Sequence record: PP400785
Direction: 5' to 3' (one strand)
DNA length: 64,000 nt
From: Escherichia phage FL08
Shown piece by piece: positions 61,447 through 64,000 of this stretch (position 1 is its first letter; each line of letters opens with the position of its first letter). The position numbers and the translations under genes are program-made. The notes below the pieces were generated by a model. It was not told where the DNA came from, did no database searches, and saw nothing but the letters and a program-made list of their open reading frames with translations.

Positions 61447-63267
61447 CTATTGGCTCATCCATTCTTTACGAAGGTCAGCATTATCTCCCATGAGCATTTC
61501 AAAAAGCTCTTTCCAGTTCTCAGGAAGTTTAACAACATCATATACTGGGTTTTGAATCATCTCACGATATTCAGATTTTTCCAAAGAGCCAAGTCCTTTA
61601 ATATAACGGATGCTATGTTTAGGTAGAGCATCTTTGGCACTCTCATATTCAGCGACTGTATAAAACCATTCTTGTTTTTTACCGACCTGAGCGATGATTA
61701 CAGGAGTTTTGACAAAGCGAATTCGTCCTTGCTCAAACAATTCTGGCCAATTACTAAAAAATCCGAGCAGAGAAGGATAAATGCTTCCTAGACCATCATG
61801 GTCAGCATCGGTCATAATAGCAATATTATGATAATTCAAGTTTTCAGCTTTTTCACCAAGAACTAATCCAGTGATTGCGCAAATATCAAACAGTTCTTTG
61901 TTTTTAAGCATGTCAGCATATGACATACCCCAACTGTTGAGAACTTTACCACGTAATGGATAACCACCGTGAAGTTCTTTATCACGAACATCAATAAGAT
62001 ATCCGATAGCCGAATCACCCTCAGTCAAGAAAAGAGTAGTGTCAGCATCTTTACCACAAAGATTCGCTTTGATATGTTTATGAACCTTAGCTTTAGAAGC
62101 CTTTTTAGCTGCTTTAGTTTCTGCTGCTTTTTCTGCCGCCAATTTACGAGCCAAAGCAGCTTCAATAATCGGCATTAGAATTGCTTCATTATTTAGAATA
62201 GCACGTGAAATCTTTTTAGCATCAAGCTGAATATGACTACGGATTTCACCAAATGGAGAAGTCAAACGCTCTTTAGTTTGAGAATCAAATCGCATGTTTT
62301 TCATATCACGAACAAACATAACGATAGTCAAACATTCTTTAACACGTGCTTTAGTTACATCAATTTTGAACTTACGTTTGATTTGTGGAATAAGGTCTTC
62401 ACAAATATCATCCATAACACAGTCAATGTGATGGCCACCATTCTTAGTATGAATGTTATTAACGTATGTTAATTGACGAAAACCATCCGGTGAACGACCA
62501 ACCGCAATAGAACAATTTTCTTGTTCTTGAACAATAGCATGCTCATCATATTGGCGTGCATATTTCTTAAAATTGCCCTGAACCTTTTTACCATTAAAGG
62601 TAAATTGAATATCAGGATAAACTACTGCGAGTGTCTGGAGACGGTCCAGTGTAATGTCAAGATAAACCTGAGACAGCTCATTAGTTTCAAATGACATAAA
62701 ATCAGGAATGAAAGTAACACGAGTTCCTTTCCATTTTCCAGGAATATCTTCCCATGATTTATTTTCCATGCCATTTGAACAACGAACTACAATATTATTT
62801 TGACCATCACCAGTTTCACCGACAAACATCACAGAAAAAATGTTTGTCAAACTAGAACCAACACCATTCATACCGCCAGTGACACGTTCTTTATCATCAC
62901 CAAAGTTACCACCTGCTTTTGGAATAGTCCATGCAGCAACTGGACCAGGAATTTCTTCACCGGTAGGTGTTTTAACCATCGCTTGTGGAATACCGCGACC
63001 GTTATCTTCAACTGTTACCTGATTATTTTTAATGGTAACATTAATTTTATTTGCGAATTTAAACTTAGTACGAATACCTTCATCTACTGAGTTATCGATA
63101 ATTTCATCAATAAGCTTAACAAGACCAGGTACATACTGAACACTTTCCCATTTACCAAACAGAAAGCGCTCATGCATTTCATTAGCAGAAGAGCCAATGT
63201 ACATGCCACTACGCTTTTTGATATGTTCAATATCGCTCAGAATTTTAATTTCATTCTTAATCATCAC
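61447..63267 (-). CDS. 39: DNA topoisomerase II large subunit (unsplit gene 39, GyrB-like)
   Basis: 606 aa single ORF containing GHKL ATPase region and Toprim motifs (TEGDSA, DADHDG). Confidence 0.93.
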   Translation of the reverse strand: MMIKNEIKILSDIEHIKKRSGMYIGSSANEMHERFLFGKWESVQYVPGLVKLIDEIIDNSVDEGIRTKFKFANKINVTIKNNQVTVEDNGRGIPQAMVKTPTGEEIPGPVAAWTIPKAGGNFGDDKERVTGGMNGVGSSLTNIFSVMFVGETGDGQNNIVVRCSNGMENKSWEDIPGKWKGTRVTFIPDFMSFETNELSQVYLDITLDRLQTLAVVYPDIQFTFNGKKVQGNFKKYARQYDEHAIVQEQENCSIAVGRSPDGFRQLTYVNNIHTKNGGHHIDCVMDDICEDLIPQIKRKFKIDVTKARVKECLTIVMFVRDMKNMRFDSQTKERLTSPFGEIRSHIQLDAKKISRAILNNEAILMPIIEAALARKLAAEKAAETKAAKKASKAKVHKHIKANLCGKDADTTLFLTEGDSAIGYLIDVRDKELHGGYPLRGKVLNSWGMSYADMLKNKELFDICAITGLVLGEKAENLNYHNIAIMTDADHDGLGSIYPSLLGFFSNWPELFEQGRIRFVKTPVIIAQVGKKQEWFYTVAEYESAKDALPKHSIRYIKGLGSLEKSEYREMIQNPVYDVVKLPENWKELFEMLMGDNADLRKEWMSQ

Positions 63268-63317
63268 TTATCCTCGTTTGGTTTCGGGAATATTATACTC
63301 CGGTAATCATAAAGCTA

Positions 63318-63335
63318 AAGGCCCGAAGGCCTTTT
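63318..63335. terminator. Hairpin / terminator candidate
   Basis: AAAGGCCCGAAGGCCTTT, identical to 15389-15406. Confidence 0.4.
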
Positions 63336-63603
63336 ATTTAAAACGAATAGTTGAATCCTTAAAGAACAGCCCAGAACATACTGTTCCTTCTACTTTCTGC
63401 CCAGTAGGTCCAATAGCACGAAATCCAGTATGTTGGAAATCATTTTCAGAACAACCGAACCAGTTATATCCAGTGATTTCAATATTAGTAAAACCGCTTG
63501 AAGACAAAACTTTGGTTGCATTATCAGCATCAGTACATCCTATTAAAGACACTGCTAATACTAATGCTGCAATAGAACGATTAATATATTTCATAATTTT
63601 CAC
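63334..63603 (-). CDS. Predicted lipoprotein
   Basis: 89 aa; signal peptide plus lipobox LIGC (MKIMKYINRSIAALVLAVSLIGCTDADN). Confidence 0.6.
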   Translation of the reverse strand: MKIMKYINRSIAALVLAVSLIGCTDADNATKVLSSSGFTNIEITGYNWFGCSENDFQHTGFRAIGPTGQKVEGTVCSGLFFKDSTIRFK

Positions 63604-63971
63604 TTAAATTTAATGGCTTGAAGAAGACTAATAACTCTCAAGCGGCTTCTTTCATCTTTAACTGTAAAGGAAAGAGGGTCACCAGATTTCATAGTGATAG
63701 TGCATTCAAAATCAAAATTTTCGGGAACTTCTTCGAAGAAGTCAAATTCTTCATCATAAATTAGAACATTACTCTGAAAACTGTGAAGAATTTTTCCGTC
63801 ATTTCCAGATGCTGTACTAATCATTGTAACATTATTACCTTTCATATCTTCAACGATAAATTCGCTTGTAGATATTACAGCATTAATAGAACCATTCCTA
63901 TAAATAGCAGAAAATAGATATTTCTTTTCTTCACCTTCGCGAATACGATATTTCTTACCGATTTTAAACAT
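63600..63971 (-). CDS. Hypothetical protein
   Basis: 123 aa; overlaps downstream lipoprotein gene start by 4 nt. Confidence 0.55.
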   Translation of the reverse strand: MFKIGKKYRIREGEEKKYLFSAIYRNGSINAVISTSEFIVEDMKGNNVTMISTASGNDGKILHSFQSNVLIYDEEFDFFEEVPENFDFECTITMKSGDPLSFTVKDERSRLRVISLLQAIKFK

Positions 63972-64000
63972 AATTACCCTTTAAGTAAGTCGTAAAATCC

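Noticed and set aside
63268-63317. Possible sigma70-like promoter (TATAAT) upstream of gene 39
   Set aside because: A -10-like hexamer is present but no convincing -35 or MotA box at proper spacing.

Overview
The window is a contiguous segment of a T-even (T4-like, Tevenvirinae) coliphage genome running from uvsW through the baseplate hub/wedge genes (25, 26, 51, 27, 28, 29, 48, 54), alt, DNA ligase (30), the 30.x/rIII/31/cd/pseT/alc early region, rnlA, denA, nrdB, nrdA, td, frd, 32, segG, 59, 33, dsbA, rnh, the long tail fiber genes 34-38, holin t, asiA, arn, motA, 52, ac, stp, ndd, denB, rIIB, rIIA and topoisomerase gene 39. Gene calls rest on my recognition of the translated ORFs, conserved motifs and gene order (synteny); no database search was run. 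Early genes lie on the minus strand behind sigma70-like early promoters (TTTACA-N17-TACTAT/TATAAT, several embedded in inverted repeats) and MotA-box middle promoters, while late genes carry TATAAATA late promoters. I did not find a clearly novel multi-gene system; the region is canonical T-even backbone. The main departures from the T4 reference as I recall it are: an HNH endonuclease inserted between uvsW and uvsW.1; tandem Alt ADP-ribosyltransferase paralogs; uninterrupted nrdB and td (no group I introns); a single unsplit gene 39 (no gene 60); an extra ORF at the frd-td junction; and a T2-type gp37 (C-terminal intramolecular chaperone domain) with a glycine-rich gp38 adhesin. Other candidates worth follow-up are a HAD phosphatase plus NADAR/YbiA-like pair next to DNA ligase, a split Shine-Dalgarno/hairpin/AUG arrangement at denA mirroring gene 25, and clusters of tiny hydrophobic ORFs and lipoproteins. 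No tRNA, rRNA, CRISPR array or integrase was detected.
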